This document shows, piece after piece, positions 1 to 12,507 of a stretch of 64,000 nt of DNA. Origin of the DNA: Octopus vulgaris. Lineage: Eukaryota. Positions within the stretch are counted from its first letter, which is position 1. The number at the start of each line of letters is the position of its first letter. Location of the stretch: positions 129,642,001 to 129,706,000 of the forward strand of contig OX597819.1 of assembly GCA_951406725.2 (NCBI GenBank), read 5' to 3'. The translations under genes and the position numbers were made by a program. The notes under the pieces were generated by a model, which saw only the letters and a list, made by a program, of their open reading frames with translations, did not search any database and was not told the origin of the DNA.

Positions 1-242
1 GGAATTTGTTGAGGTAAATATTTTATGGCTGGATGCCTTACCTGTTACCTGCTCTCACCTGTTTCCATGCAAGGTAATATTTTCCCCATAGTTAGACATG
101 TTTTTTTTGCAGAAGATTGGAAATGAACAACCTTACTTGTATAAAAATGATACTTATTTACAAATATTACATGTGATGTCTAGACACTGGCACACACAAG
201 TATACACTCATACATACATACATACATACATTATATATATAT

Positions 243-478
243 GGCACGTAAAAAGCACCATCCGATTGTGGCCGTTTGCCAGCCTCGTCTGGCCCCCGTG
301 CCGGTGGCACGTAAAAAGCACCCACTACACTCACAGAGTGGTTGGTGTTAGGAAGGGCATCCAGCCGTAGAAACATTGCCAAATCAGACTGGGCTTGGTG
401 CAGCCTTCTGGCTTCACAGACCCCAGTTGAACCGTCCAACCCATGCCAGCATGGAAAGCGGACGCTAAATGATGATGA
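243..478 (+). mobile_element. SINE family D, 3' part, with (GAT)n tail
   Basis: ggcacgtaaaaagcacc...ggaagggcatccagccgtagaaac...catgccagcatggaaagcggacgctaaatgatgatga; near-identical to 3690-4034 and related to 2505-2790. Confidence 0.8.
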
Positions 479-738
479 TAAATTAGAAAAAACCCACCTT
501 TTATCAATTCAAAATGAACAATTATAGGTTTTTATTATGTTTTTATTATCATTTTGCAATTTACTTTGCATCTCAAAATAAATACAGTAACGAAAGGGTT
601 ATAAGCAAAAATGCATGGAAAAAGGAAAGAAATTATGGTTTAAATTAGGTCATAGATTAAATCATGGTTTTATTTTTGTTGAATGTTTAATGAAATATCT
701 TAATGGCTCTTCTTGAATAGCTATTTTCCATTTTCTAG

Positions 739-847
739 GACATGAAGCGGCTTAAGTTGACCAACGATGTAAATGAAGGTTTGTCCTCTGAAAAACCAAG
801 TTTTGTTCTCCCATATGATATTCCATTGAAACCGTACAAGAAAGATG
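739..847 (+). CDS. Internal coding exon of an unidentified gene (DMKRLKLTNDVNEGLSSEKPSFVLPYDIPLKPYKKD)
   Basis: Pyrimidine-rich acceptor ttttctag at 731-738, open frame, donor G|gtttgt at 848; ends in phase 1, matching the next exon. Confidence 0.7.
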
Positions 848-1339
848 GTTTGTATATTTTTAACTTTTTGTTTTTGAGTTCAGATCTCACCTAAGTTACT
901 TTTGTCTTTTATCCTTTGTAAATTGACCGTTCCTTCCTCTCAAATTCCTGGCATTGTGTCTTTGTTAAGAATGATTACCCTGGAGAACATTTAAAAAAAA
1001 AAATGTTTAGTTGTCTTGCTTTTTACAATTAGTCCTACTTAATTTGGTGGTGTTGGGCTCAGAAATGCCCCCAGAAATTTTATATCATGTCATAATTTTT
1101 GTTAAACAGGAATTAATTTTTTTACCAAAAAATGTCAATTTTGCCATTAAATGCAAGACTGAAATAAGAAACTAACACAAACCAAATGATATTTTTTTAT
1201 TGTTTAACAGATATATTACACAAAATGTTTAATTACACATCTCAAAATAGATATTTCTGTCAAATTGGAGTTTGAACTACTCAAGGAATGAACTTTCTCT
1301 GTTGCTTTATGGGAATAAATTGCATCATGTCCAGTCTCT

Positions 1340-1511
1340 TTGCAGTGGTCAGCAGTAGACAGCCCCATGCTGGTGTTCCACCTGCCTTGATACTTAGTGC
1401 CCATGTTCTTGATGTCTTGGAGGAATCTTTTTCCTTGCTCATCACTATTGCTTTAGGATTTTCAAGCAAGTAGTCCAGATGACTGTGCAGCAAATGCACA
1501 TTTACACTCAT
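1340..1511 (-). pseudogene. Chapaev/Chapaev3-like DDE transposase C-terminal fragment, frameshifted
   Basis: MSVNVHLLHSHLDYLLENP then, after a frameshift, SDEQGKRFLQDIKNMGTKYQGRWNTSM; matches the motif HxLHSHLDxFPxNxGAVSDEQGERFHQDIxxMExRYQGxW that I recall for this family. Confidence 0.75.
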
Positions 1512-1645
1512 GTGTAAAGTGACTGGACATGATGCAATTTATTCCCATAAAGCAACAAAGAGAGAGTTTATTCCTTGAGTAGTTCAAACTCCAATTTGAG
1601 AGAAATATCTATTCTAAAATGTGGAATTATTCTTTTTATTTTTAA

Positions 1646-2024
1646 CTAGCAGTATCGCCCGGTGTTGCTCGGGTTTGTAAGGGAAATAACTATATAAGCA
1701 TTTTTAGAGATGTAAAGTATAATAGCCATCTCAATATGGCTAAACCACAAAGGGGTGGGGGTGTTACTGTAGCTTTTTACGTTCTGAGATTTAATAATAA
1801 ATTTTTAGAGAGTTACTTCCCTTATATATGCCAAAAATGCATTAAAAATGGAAAAAATTGATGGTAAATTCTTTTTAAAATCGTAGACTCATCGTAGAAG
1901 GGCTCAATATGAATCACGACTATAAGATACCCGGTTTTGGTTAAACTGCACTGGAAAATGTGGGAGTAGTTAGGAATCTAAATCGTAGGAGACAGACACA
2001 CAACCTTACTTTTATATATAAAGA
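1646..2024 (-). mobile_element. Non-autonomous Helitron
   Basis: On the - strand it starts A|TCtttatatata and ends with hairpin cccgagcaacaccggg, 8 nt, CTAG|T; inserted at an A|T site with no TSD. Confidence 0.8.
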
Positions 2025-2134
2025 TTTCTGTTAAACAATAAGAAGTATTACTTGGTTTGTGTTAGTTTCTTATTTCAGTCTTGCATTTAATGGCAAAATT
2101 GACATTTTCTGGAGCCCAGTGCTCAAAAACTGGT

Positions 2135-2490
2135 TTACAGGGTCTGCACAAGATCTTCATAATTTGATGGTTTCTTGTTTCTCAGAAAACCAGATACAAC
2201 TGCAACAAAAGCATTCCCTGCTTCTTTTTCAAAGCCGGACATGGTCTCCAAAAATAGCTCATCCTGTGATAGTCCCCTAATAATGTGGCCCATCAAACAC
2301 TCCAACCGTAATTTTCTCACAAGACAAAACTGGAAACTTTCTGCTTAAGTACTTGAATCAGTCACTGCCTCAGTTATTTAACACAGGTTTTGCACACAAT
2401 ATGGGACGCCCAGGCTTTGTCTTGTCACCCAATTTCATGCTAAAGTAAGGAAGGAAATAATGTTTCTTCACAAAATCTGTGATTTTGTTT
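2135..2490 (-). pseudogene. Chapaev/Chapaev3-like transposase, N-terminal and central fragments
   Basis: ITDFVKKHY..YFSMKLGD and FKYLSRKFPVLSCEKITVGVFDGPH...FEKEAGNAFVAVVSGFLRNKKPSNYEDLVQTL resemble the family motifs KFPxLSxxKxKxGxFxGPQI and FLGNxKxxNYxxLV. Confidence 0.7.
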
Positions 2491-2504
2491 CACTGCCTAA
2501 CCAT

Positions 2505-2790
2505 TCGAGCGTGATCGTTACTAGCATCGCCTTACTGGCACCTGTGCCAGTGGCGTGTGTAAAAGATTCGAGTCAGGTTGTTGCCAGTACCACCTGACTG
2601 GCCCCTGTGCCGGTGGCACGTAAAAGCACCCACTACACTCTCAGAGTGGTTGGCATTAGGAAGGGCATCCAGCTGTAGAAACTCTGCCAGATCAAGATTG
2701 AAGCCTGGTGCAACCATCTAGTTCGCCAGTCCTCAGTCAAAATCATCCAACCCATGCTAGCATGGAAGGCAGACGTTAAACGATGATGAT
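2505..2790 (+). mobile_element. SINE family D
   Basis: Same body (gtggcacgtaaaagcacccactacactc, ggaagggcatccagc) and ...gacgttaaacgatgatgat tail as 243-478. Confidence 0.75.
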
Positions 2791-3689
2791 AACTGGGAAA
2801 GCATTTTCAGAATAGTCAACAGTTATAAGGTAAGCAAATGCAGATTTGTGATGGCAAAGTTCCATAAAGGGCATACCATACCATGAAGTGCTTTTCACAG
2901 TTCTTTGACCATAATTAATGAAAAGTGACCTTGGCTCGTGTGACCTCACAATCAAAATGTTAAGGGCACATTCAAAATACCAATTTTCATAAGAGACAGT
3001 TAAAAGTTCAACAAAACACATCTCATCTAGTTTGCAATCAGTCACACTAAATTAAGCAAAGCGTGGGGGATATCTGCAGATAAATTACACAAATATGAGA
3101 CATATGTGATGTCAAGGGTCACAAAAATATGTTGTTTCTTAACATTTAATTGTATAAAGGACATTTGAAACTGGTTAGGTTGAAAATACTGAAAATTGCT
3201 CCAAGTTTGATACTTTTTATTTACTAAAGATACTTAAATCATAACTTTTTTTTTCACTTTTGTAGTTATATTTACTTTAAATGACATAGAAAATCTATGT
3301 TTTCAAAGTTATGTCATGCTCCATACATGGGTTTGCCTTTGATGAAGTCAAATCTATCCTTAGAAATGGTGGCAATACCAGAAATGTTGAAAAATGGACG
3401 TCTGAGTTTGTGAAAAATTTTGACATGATAGAGCAAAATAGATTTCATTTTTGAAATCAGCACCCTAGAATTAGTAGGAAACATGTTTCCAACATCAGAC
3501 AACAAAAACCCTGTTCCCTAGTGTTGTTATTATTGTTTTTGAGTTAAAAAATCTTATTGAGGCCAACTTTGCTTTTATCTTTGTGAGGTCACTAAAATAA
3601 AGTACCGGTAAATTAGTAAGCCAATATAATCAACTGTTCCCTGCACCCCCCCACTTAATATTTCTGGCCTTGTGTCTGTGTAAGTAATT

Positions 3690-4034
3690 AAAAGCACCAT
3701 CCGTTTGTGTCCGTTGCCAACCTCGCCTGGCCCTCGTGCCGGTGGCACGTAAAAGCACCATCCGTTCGAGTCTGTTGCCAGCCTCGCCTGGCGGCACGTA
3801 AAAGCACCATCCGTTCGTGGCCGTTTGCCAGCTCCGTCTGGCACCTATGCGGGTGGCATGTAAAAAGCACCCACTACACTCACGGAGTGGTTGGCGTTAG
3901 GAAGGGCATCCAGCCGTAGAAACACTGCCAGATCAGACTGGGCCTGATGCAGCCTTCCGGCTTCTCAGACCCCAGTTGAACCGTCCAACCCATGCTAGCA
4001 TGGAAAGCAGACGCTAAATGATGATGATGATGAT
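3690..4034 (+). mobile_element. SINE family D with internal tandem sub-repeats
   Basis: Three aaagcaccatccgtt...ggcacgt units, then the shared body and (GAT)n tail. Confidence 0.8.
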
Positions 4035-4081
4035 GTTTTAGTGTTTGAGTTCAATTCTATATTTTTTGTATTTCTTTACAG

Positions 4082-4132
4082 ATGAGCCATGGGTTTATGA
4101 TATTGCACACAAGGAGCTTCCTGATTGCAATG
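4082..4132 (+). CDS. Internal coding exon of the same gene (DEPWVYDIAHKELPDCN)
   Basis: Acceptor tttctttacag ending 4081, donor G|gtatga at 4133; 51-nt phase 1/1 exon that joins in frame to 739-847. Confidence 0.7.
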
Positions 4133-4599
4133 GTATGATGTGGTGCCCATCCCTCTTGTAGTACACCAACCAATTTCCATCCTATACTTTTTTTCTTGAC
4201 AAGAAGACAAGGTCTGGCCGATTGACTGACTAACTTGAGATTTTAATTTCATCTCACTAATACTGCTAACATGACCACCACCACCACGACCACCAAATCA
4301 CAAAAAAAAAAAGAAAAAAAGAAACCCGCAACAACAATAATAATGACAAATATGGTGTCTTCTGGAGTAATCTTACCTTGCTTCCTTCAGTGGCACAAAT
4401 TATGCTACTGTAATCTACCTGAAGAGATTATTCCACAAATCCTTACTCTTAAGAAACACCTGAAATTCGTACTCTTAAGAAACACCTGAGATTCGCACCC
4501 AGTTCACATAAGACAGCGGAAAACATTTAGAGAGCAGAGAATGCTGCAAACATTATTTGAAATAAAGAGTAAAATAAAACCATATTCATTTTAAATATG

Positions 4600-4631
<32 letters not shown>

Positions 4632-4710
4632 CTTATTTTCCTTTTGTTTTCTTAGATTTGTTTAATTGTTTCTCTGTTGATCTCCTGCAATTTGTTTCTT
4701 TTACTTTTAG

Positions 4711-4739
4711 ATTTTCTCAATGACTTTATCAAATTATAA
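4711..4739 (+). CDS. Probable terminal coding exon (DFLNDFIKL-stop)
   Basis: Acceptor tttcttttacttttag ending 4710, phase 1 continuation, TAA at 4737-4739. An alternative acceptor at 4655 cannot be excluded. Confidence 0.55.
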
Positions 4740-4977
4740 AGCAGCTCTCGAATACCCAGACTGTATCTTTATCTTTTATCTCGGTTACTTGTTTCATCAT
4801 CAAACCAAGACCATGCTGGGGCACCACCTAGAAGTATTTTTCAGTCGGTCAGATTGATCCCTGTACTTATTTATTCTGTCAGTCCTTTTTTTTAGCTGAA
4901 ATGCTAAGTTAATGAGACACAAACAAACCAACACTGCTTGTGAAGTGTTGGTGCAGGACAAAGACTCACACACATAC

Positions 4978-5025
<48 letters not shown>

Positions 5026-6201
5026 ATATATGTTTATATATAACATATACATTATGCATGTGTGTATACGTGTGGCTGTCTGAGTGGTAAGAAGTTTGCT
5101 TCCTGAACACATGCTCTTATACGGTAACCTTGGGCTGACCAAAGCCTTGTCAGTGGATTTAGTACACAGAAACTGAAAGAAGCCCATTGTATGCATGTAT
5201 ATATAGCTATGTATATATATATATATATATATATATAGATAGATATATATATATACATATGTATATTGATACGTATATATGTGTGAGTGTTTGTTTCTTC
5301 CCCCTTCTGCTTGACAACTGGTGTCCCTGTAACTTAGTGGTTTGGCAAAATAAACCAATAAAACAAGCATCAAGCTTTGGAAAAAATAAAGTACTGGGGT
5401 GGTGCCCTGGCATGGTCACTGTTTAATGTCAGAAAAAAAGTAAAAAATAAAAGATGTGTGCCTGCATGGGTGTGTTTTGCATGGAGGTGTGTTTGTATCT
5501 CCTTGTCTTGGCATCAAGCAATTGTTGTAAACGAGTGTCACCAGTATATGATCGGGGTCGTTCATTTCCTTTTTCTGTGGAAAATCTATATAGCCACGAG
5601 GAAACATTAACTGCTTGGAAACAGGTGAAGGTTGACAAGAGGAAGAAACATCTGGCTATAAAAAAATCAGCCTCAGTGAATTCTGTTTGACTCCCAGAAG
5701 CATGGATAATTTGATGTTAAAACAAATGTGGCAGAATTGTTAGCAGATCAGGCGAAGTGCTTAGTGCCATTTTGTCTGTCTTTATGTTCTGAGTTCAAAT
5801 TTTGTTGGGGGTTAACTTTACCTTTTATCCTTTTGCAGTTGATAAAATAAAGTACCAGTTGAACACTGGGGTTGATATAATCAACTTAGCCCCTCGATTG
5901 GTCTTCTGCCAAAATTTGGAACCAATATTCAAAAGTTTCAGCAAAGAATTCTTGTTATTCTTTTAACTGGCACCGTTTAAATATACTCCAAAGTATACTT
6001 GTAGCCTATTGGAGAACCATTCATTCAGTTTTGTGTTTGCAGTAAATCCATTTTTAAAATGGGATTTTTTTGTTCTAATATTTAGGATTTAAATGTGATT
6101 TCTATTTACTTTTTTGTTTACTGTGGTCTTGGGTTCAGTCCTACTGCATGACATTCTGGGTAAAGTGTCTTCAACTGTAGCTCTTGGCCAACAAAATCCT
6201 C

Positions 6202-6509
6202 GTGGAGGCACATGGCCTAGTGGTTAGAGCAGCGGACTCGCAGTCGAGGGATCGCAGGTTCGAATCTCAGACTGGGTGATGTGTGTGTTTATGAGTGAAA
6301 CACCTAAGCTTCACGTGGCTCCAGCAGAAGGTAATGGCGAACTTCTGCTGACACTTTTGCCACAACTTTCTCTCACTCTTTCCTCCTGCATCTTGCAGCT
6401 CACCTGCGACGGATCGGCATCCCGTCCAGGTGGGAAACCTATACACCAAGGAAACCGGGAAACCGGCCCTTATGAGCCAGGCATGACTCGAGAAGGAACA
6501 AAAATAAAT
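6202..6509 (+). mobile_element. tRNA-derived SINE family C
   Basis: A box tggcctagtgg and B box ggttcgaatc; flanked by TSD aacaaaatcct (6190-6200, 6510-6520); inverted copy at 42305-42613. Confidence 0.85.
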
Positions 6510-6537
6510 AACAAAATCCTTGTGAGTGAATCTAGTT

Positions 6538-6819
6538 CAGTGTTTCTCAACCTATTTTTCCCCAGGCCCCGCTACATCTTTCCAAACAAATGAATGCCCC
6601 ACCAGTGGTTGAAGAAAAAACAATTTTATTTTTTAATATTTTATTATAATTATTTTATACAAAAGAATCTACCAGTAACTAAAGTACTGAGTACAAAAAA
6701 AGTACATTATTGACTAAGAAAAAAAAATATTTTCACTCTTCCATGTCCCACTAAAAAAAAAAATTGGATTCCATGCACCAAACACAATTTATCAAGGTTC
6801 TACTGGTGGGGAATTACTG
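6538..6819. mobile_element. hAT (Charlie-type) MITE
   Basis: Imperfect TIRs cagtgtttctcaacc / ggtggggaattactg; exact 8-bp TSD atctagtt (6530-6537, 6820-6827) with central TA. Confidence 0.75.
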
Positions 6820-6965
6820 ATCTAGTTGATAGAAACTGAAAGAAGCCTGGCGTTTGTGTGCGTAAATATTTATGTGAGATGTTTTTGCCGTGTAAGGAGG
6901 GGAATTGTTTTTAGCCCACTCCAGATGTTCTGAAATCTCTCTCTTTGCAACCAATTTTAGCATCA

Positions 6966-7341
6966 TCTCTCTATATATAAACGGCAAAATGTCTGTCTGT
7001 CTGTGTGTGTATTCTTTATACAAATCCATAATTTTTCAGTTAGAGGGCTCACACTTTCTATGATCATTCAAAACCGTCCAAGGGTGGTCGTGCACATCTT
7101 TACATTTCCCCAGTTAGCCCACAAAGCCATTAAAAAATCAATAGAAGTGACTTTTTTGTGAATTTTCTATCCAAAACCCAATCAAAATGCCCGAAACTTG
7201 ATGCGCCAATTGAATGCCAGCTAGGTGTATGTGATTGGTTGGAGATTTGGACAGTACTCGCGTGTATGTGCGCACGCACGCACGCAGCTGTATATGCATG
7301 CACTAGCACTATGACCTGGCATTGCCGGTTCATAATGCTAG
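6966..7341 (+). mobile_element. Non-autonomous Helitron, second family
   Basis: A|TCtctctatatata start, terminal hairpin and CTAG|T end; second copy at 39060-39416. Confidence 0.85.
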
Positions 7342-8515
7342 TTTCTGAATAAAACCTCCATATCCACTATAATATGAGTAGTGTACAGTGTAAGAGTAAA
7401 GGTGACTAAGTCGACTGGGTATTGGACAAATGACCAAAAGAGTAATCTGTTCATATTCTATTGATGGGTCCTGTATTGTGATCACGGCAAAGAGACTTGA
7501 TTCACAAACCTCTCAGTTCACACAACATTCGTATAACTAACTGCTGTAAGCAATATTTCTGAGACTGGCATGGAATGGTAATGGCTCAGTAAGTTGCTCT
7601 ACTGTGAATCTCATAAATTCTATTGACTGTAGTAGACTAGGATCCACCAACTGACTTGGTTCACTTTGAAATTTTATTCAGTCTCTGAATGTTGGTCATG
7701 TGCTGTGACAACTTCGTGTCAGGTGGTGTGTTCAGCACCAGGCATCTCTACATTGAGTTCTTCATTCATAGGAATATATCACCAGGTGTGGACCTCCATC
7801 ACCAGGTATAGGATTGTGGTATGCTCTGGAAGAGCTGAGTCTGCTAATATTTGGTAAGAGTTTCAATCTTCATTTCCCCTCTATTCTATCAACTCTTCAC
7901 AGTTGTTTTACTTACATAAATTTTGTCAGTTTTGGATTCTTTACTTGAAGCAAAATCTTCGGTGGTGATGGTCATGACCCACTAACACATTCAAGGTTGT
8001 GGGTATATTTTTTATTCATATTACTCCACCAAAAAGCACCATTCACTTTAATGGTTGAGAAATGCAACTTTAAAATCTCAAACACGAACTTCCTTTTTAA
8101 AAGTCCCTTTTACTGTTCTCTCTCATCTCTCTCTCATATATATATATATATAATGTATATATATATATATAATGTATGTATATATACACACTGGGCAAAG
8201 AATGATATTGCTTGGTTGAAAACTATGATAATGATAACATTGATGATTTTATTAAGATTAGTAATAAAATTTACTTGTTTTGGGGGGAATTTTGTGTTTA
8301 TTTTTCTTTGTATAAACCCCCTGCTGTGTTTAATATGTGATAGCGTGTAAACGTGTGTGTGTTTGGTTGCATGCATGAGTATGGTGGTGAAGAAGCTTAA
8401 AAATGTAGTACAATGAGAAGTATGCTTTGTAGTATGTATCTGGTTTAGTTCAGAGTTCGAATTTCTCTACTAATATCGATATTTTTTTTATCTGTCCTGA
8501 TAGTTACATTTGCTT

Positions 8516-8559
<44 letters not shown>

Positions 8560-8964
8560 GAGCCCCACGGAGGCGATGACGAGTGACTGAGACCTTGGCG
8601 ATATGCTGTGCTTGAGAGGACTCGTCAAGCCAAATGAGATGGTAGTCATGACCGTTACCAGTGTCATGTAAATGGCATCCGTGATCGTGGTACATAAAAA
8701 CCACCCATTATATTCTCAGAGTGGTTGGCGTTAGGAAGGGCGTCCAACCGTAGAAACCATGACAAATCTGGTGTAGCTCTCTGGCTTAACAGTTCCAGTC
8801 AAACAGTCTAATCCATGCCAGCAGGGAAAACGGACGTTGAATGATGATGATGATGGTGATGTTATTATTAGAAGAAAAAATTTAGGCAGATATCAATAAA
8901 GCACTCAGCTTTAAAAGAATTTGGTTAACAATATTCAACAATTAGACATCAGTGAATGTAAGTA

Positions 8965-9004
<40 letters not shown>

Positions 9005-9073
9005 GTTTAAATATTTATTGGCTAAACTGGCAAAATGACCATTCCGAAATATAATAATATATATATATATATA

Positions 9074-9481
9074 ATTATTATTTGAGGGAATATCATTCCT
9101 AACTTAGAGGGAAAAATTCAATTTAGAAATACTAAATCAAATTTCACACAATATAATATATACATAAAAATTAGAACCCCCCCCCACCTTTTATCAATTA
9201 AAAATGAACAATTAAATTACACCATCTAGAAAATTACATATAATAGAAATATTAAAAATAAAATAACAATAAAATACCGATGATTAAGTAAATTGCAAAA
9301 AAAATAATAAAAACGTATATAATTGGCAGCAATTATACGTTTTTATTATTTTTTTTTGCAATTTACTTAATCATTGGTATTTTATTGTTATTTTATTTTT
9401 AATATTTCTATTATATGTAATTTTCTAGATGGTGTAATTTAATTGTTCATTTTTAATTGATAAAAGGTGTTTTTTTCTCTA
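9074..9481. mobile_element. (TA)n-embedded fold-back element, probable Penelope-like terminal remnant
   Basis: Inverted arms 9185-9469 (about 140 bp each, centre near 9326), one-sided extension 9074-9184, TA tracts on both sides; a fragment recurs at 481-524. Confidence 0.55.
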
Positions 9482-10066
9482 ATATATATATGCATGCATT
9501 AAATGGTGCGCATATGGGAACTTATATTCAGGACTTAAAGTTTCTGAGACAGAAATTTGATGATTCTTGCACGTCTTCAGCCGTTGTAGGCCCGTTGCGC
9601 GTGGCACCATCGATTGCAAATTACTGAAAATGCATTCCTTGGGTGCCTTTAATTATGGATCTATGCGTATGTATGTAGGTGCGTAGATGCAATTATGGTT
9701 GTGTGGTTAAGAAGTTCGCTTCCAAATCACATAGTTTTGGGTTCAATCCCATAGCGTGGTACGTTGGAATCAGTTTCTTCTGTTATTGTTCCATGCTGAC
9801 CAAATCTTTGAAAGAACTTGATGGAAACGAAAAGAATTCCATCGCATATGTGTGTGTGTGTGTGTTTCCTTGTCTTGATATAGCTTGATAGATGTAAATG
9901 AGCATCATCGTTGTACAAGCGATACCATCATTTTCCAATTCTCCGTGTAAACATGCCCGACCATAGGGAAAATATTATTTTGCTGAGAAACTGGTAAAGG
10001 TTGGGCATCCGACTGTAGAAAATTTGCCTTAGCGGATTTCGTCAGCGAAGGTTGGAAAAGCAGACG

Positions 10067-10116
<50 letters not shown>

Positions 10117-10119
<3 letters not shown>

Positions 10120-10450
10120 CCCTAACCCTAACACTTTAAAGCTAAAACCAGTACAAACGCACGAACGATGTCATAAATAACAGTGACAAAAGAAAAATAC
10201 ACCACCGATAGTTGTTGTTGACAAACAGCGGCAGTAATTTTATTCAGCTGAATACACGTCATTGATTGGTTGAAATTACCGAAATAGAACAACTTTAACG
10301 TGAAATAACTTCGTAAATATAAGTTTTTCTCAAAAATGCTCAGAGTAAAAGATGTTTTATATGACACATTCTACCAGTGTCCGAAGTTTGAAAGTGTTTA
10401 GTTACAAAAAATTATTTTTTAAATCTGTCGGTCAAAAAGTAAAAAGATCC
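10117..10450. repeat. Unclassified interspersed repeat with ggatc terminus and short (taaccc)n
   Basis: Diverged inverted copy at 26359-26645 (shared cattctaccagt, gtcattgattggttgaaatt, atgtcataaataac). Confidence 0.6.
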
Positions 10451-12507
10451 CAACCCATAATTACGGAAACCTAAAGACATAGACACACAGACGAAACACG
10501 TAGAGTTGCAGTGAAACGAACACACAGACACACAAATACAAGAACACACAGACTTAGAGACGGAAATACAAGAACCCATAAAACAGCAGGAAAATAGAAA
10601 GAAAAAGAGACAACATGAAAAAGCACAAACGAAAAGAAAAATTATAGTGAGATAGGGCACCCCCAACTTGAAAGGAGTAAGTGGTTACTCTTTACTCTTT
10701 TACTTGTTTCAGTCATTTGACTGCGGCCATGCTGGAGCACCGTTATAATTTTGTAAAGACTGTAACTGAAAGAAGTGATTGCTTGAACTTTTTAGGAAGA
10801 AAAAAGGGAAAAATAATGTAAATTTTGAGCAGGTTTCCTAAAGTTTTTTTGAACCCTGTGATAAACATTTGGTTCTCTTTTAGTTTTAAAAAAGGAAAAG
10901 AAATAAGTAAGGACTGTATGAACATCGGTTTAAAAGGTTTATAATGGTAGGGCAAAAGCGAAGAGGGAAGTCGCAGTTTCGCCTCGGAGCGAGGCTAAAG
11001 GTTGTGTTAAAGGAATCCACGGTTTCATCTCGCAGTGGGGAGTGAGATGGCCGACTTATTTGCATTGTAAATATATTCATTTCATATTCATCCGTCATTA
11101 TGATTTATGTTCCCGCATGTCTTTGTATGTCCCCTCTGTAATTAGGCCTTGTGCCTGTAATCAAGAATTAATTAATCTCAAGCGGCCGGGGGTTCACTAA
11201 TGACGATGGGTACAAATAGCCCGAAACCGTTCGATCTTGTGATCCCGTTGTCTGCTAGGAGATAGTAGGGGTTCGGCCCTCTGCTTGCAATATATACCGT
11301 GTGCAGATTGCATCGATAATCAGGTGGAGGAGGCTCTTTCTGGGGGTTATCAACGGTAGTAATGTCGAACGGCCTTATTGATGTGGCGATAAACATTACT
11401 TCTCAAAATTAATCCTTTTAACGTAAAATAATGTTAGCTGATAAAGACTGTGGTCTTGTATTTCGCCCTTCAATATTATTTTCCCTAGAGTACAAAAATC
11501 TCGAATGTAAATCGTAATAAAGAATGACGTACCAATACGACCACGACAACCACCGTTGCTCTCTTCCTTTGGCGCTTTTGTAAAAGACCAGGCCGAGCAG
11601 TTAAAAGAGCGGAGCTGCTTCAGGGCTATTTTGAAAAGACGTATTTTAATTCTACAGGTGACTGAACCATTTCAAATAAAGTTTGCGGTCTGCTATCCAC
11701 GCAATTTAGCTAATTACCATGTTAATCCAAAATGGTAAAAAAAAAATAAATAATAAAAAAAATCAGTGGCAATTGGAAAAGAAGCTTGGTATATGTGACT
11801 GAGAGTTCCAGGTCATCAACAAACATTACTTCGTTTTTTTTTCAATTAAAGTCTCAGTTTTACTGATGTTGTTTCAAAGTTTATTAGTTGTCATTGGACA
11901 GACAAAAGCTGATAATTTAAAATTGTATCGACATCAGCGAAGACTCAATACAGAAAATTTCATAACAAGAACTCTACTGCATAACCTTTTTTCTTTCTTT
12001 ATAGTGTATCTCAGAGTTTTCCTTGCAGCCTTATATCATCTTTCGCATTTAAGAAATAAAGTTCAAGGTGTTACCCGAAGCACACCTGAAGACGTTTCAA
12101 ATTCGTGGCTGCTTCCGTACGTAGTATGAGCATTAGTATTAGCATGCGAGGCAGGCCTTTGGTGGCCTGACTTTGGTGCCTGGGGTACTTCAAAATATTC
12201 TGGGTGGGCATTAATTTCTGCAAACTGTATTTTCTAAATCTGAGGGTGCACCGTTTAATAGTGAGGGGTCAGTGACGTCTAATGCATCTCCTTAGCGAAT
12301 GGACATCGTACAAAGATATTATCAAATGAGTTTCAACGATAACCACCCGACACTTTTTAAAGCACATTGAATTGAGAACCACATAATCGAATGTGTCTCT
12401 ATTAAAGACGGCAGAATATGGTGTGAGGGATATTTAACTGCTAATTCTAGTATATTGAACAGTCATGAAGAGATGTCAGCGTGAACACTATATAAATTCC
12501 GAGCGTT

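Noticed and set aside
739-4739. Assigning a gene name to the three-exon peptide
   Set aside because: The fragment is short and I do not recognise it with confidence.
7380-7990. Coding-like composition on the - strand
   Set aside because: Frames are interrupted by stops and I recognise no motif; possibly an old TE but unsupported.
10117-10132. Telomeric repeat (taaccc)n
   Set aside because: Fewer than three units, at the edge of an interspersed repeat.
11178-11396. 72-aa ORF in a GC-richer unique segment
   Set aside because: No recognisable domain or splice context; could be regulatory DNA but there is no direct evidence.
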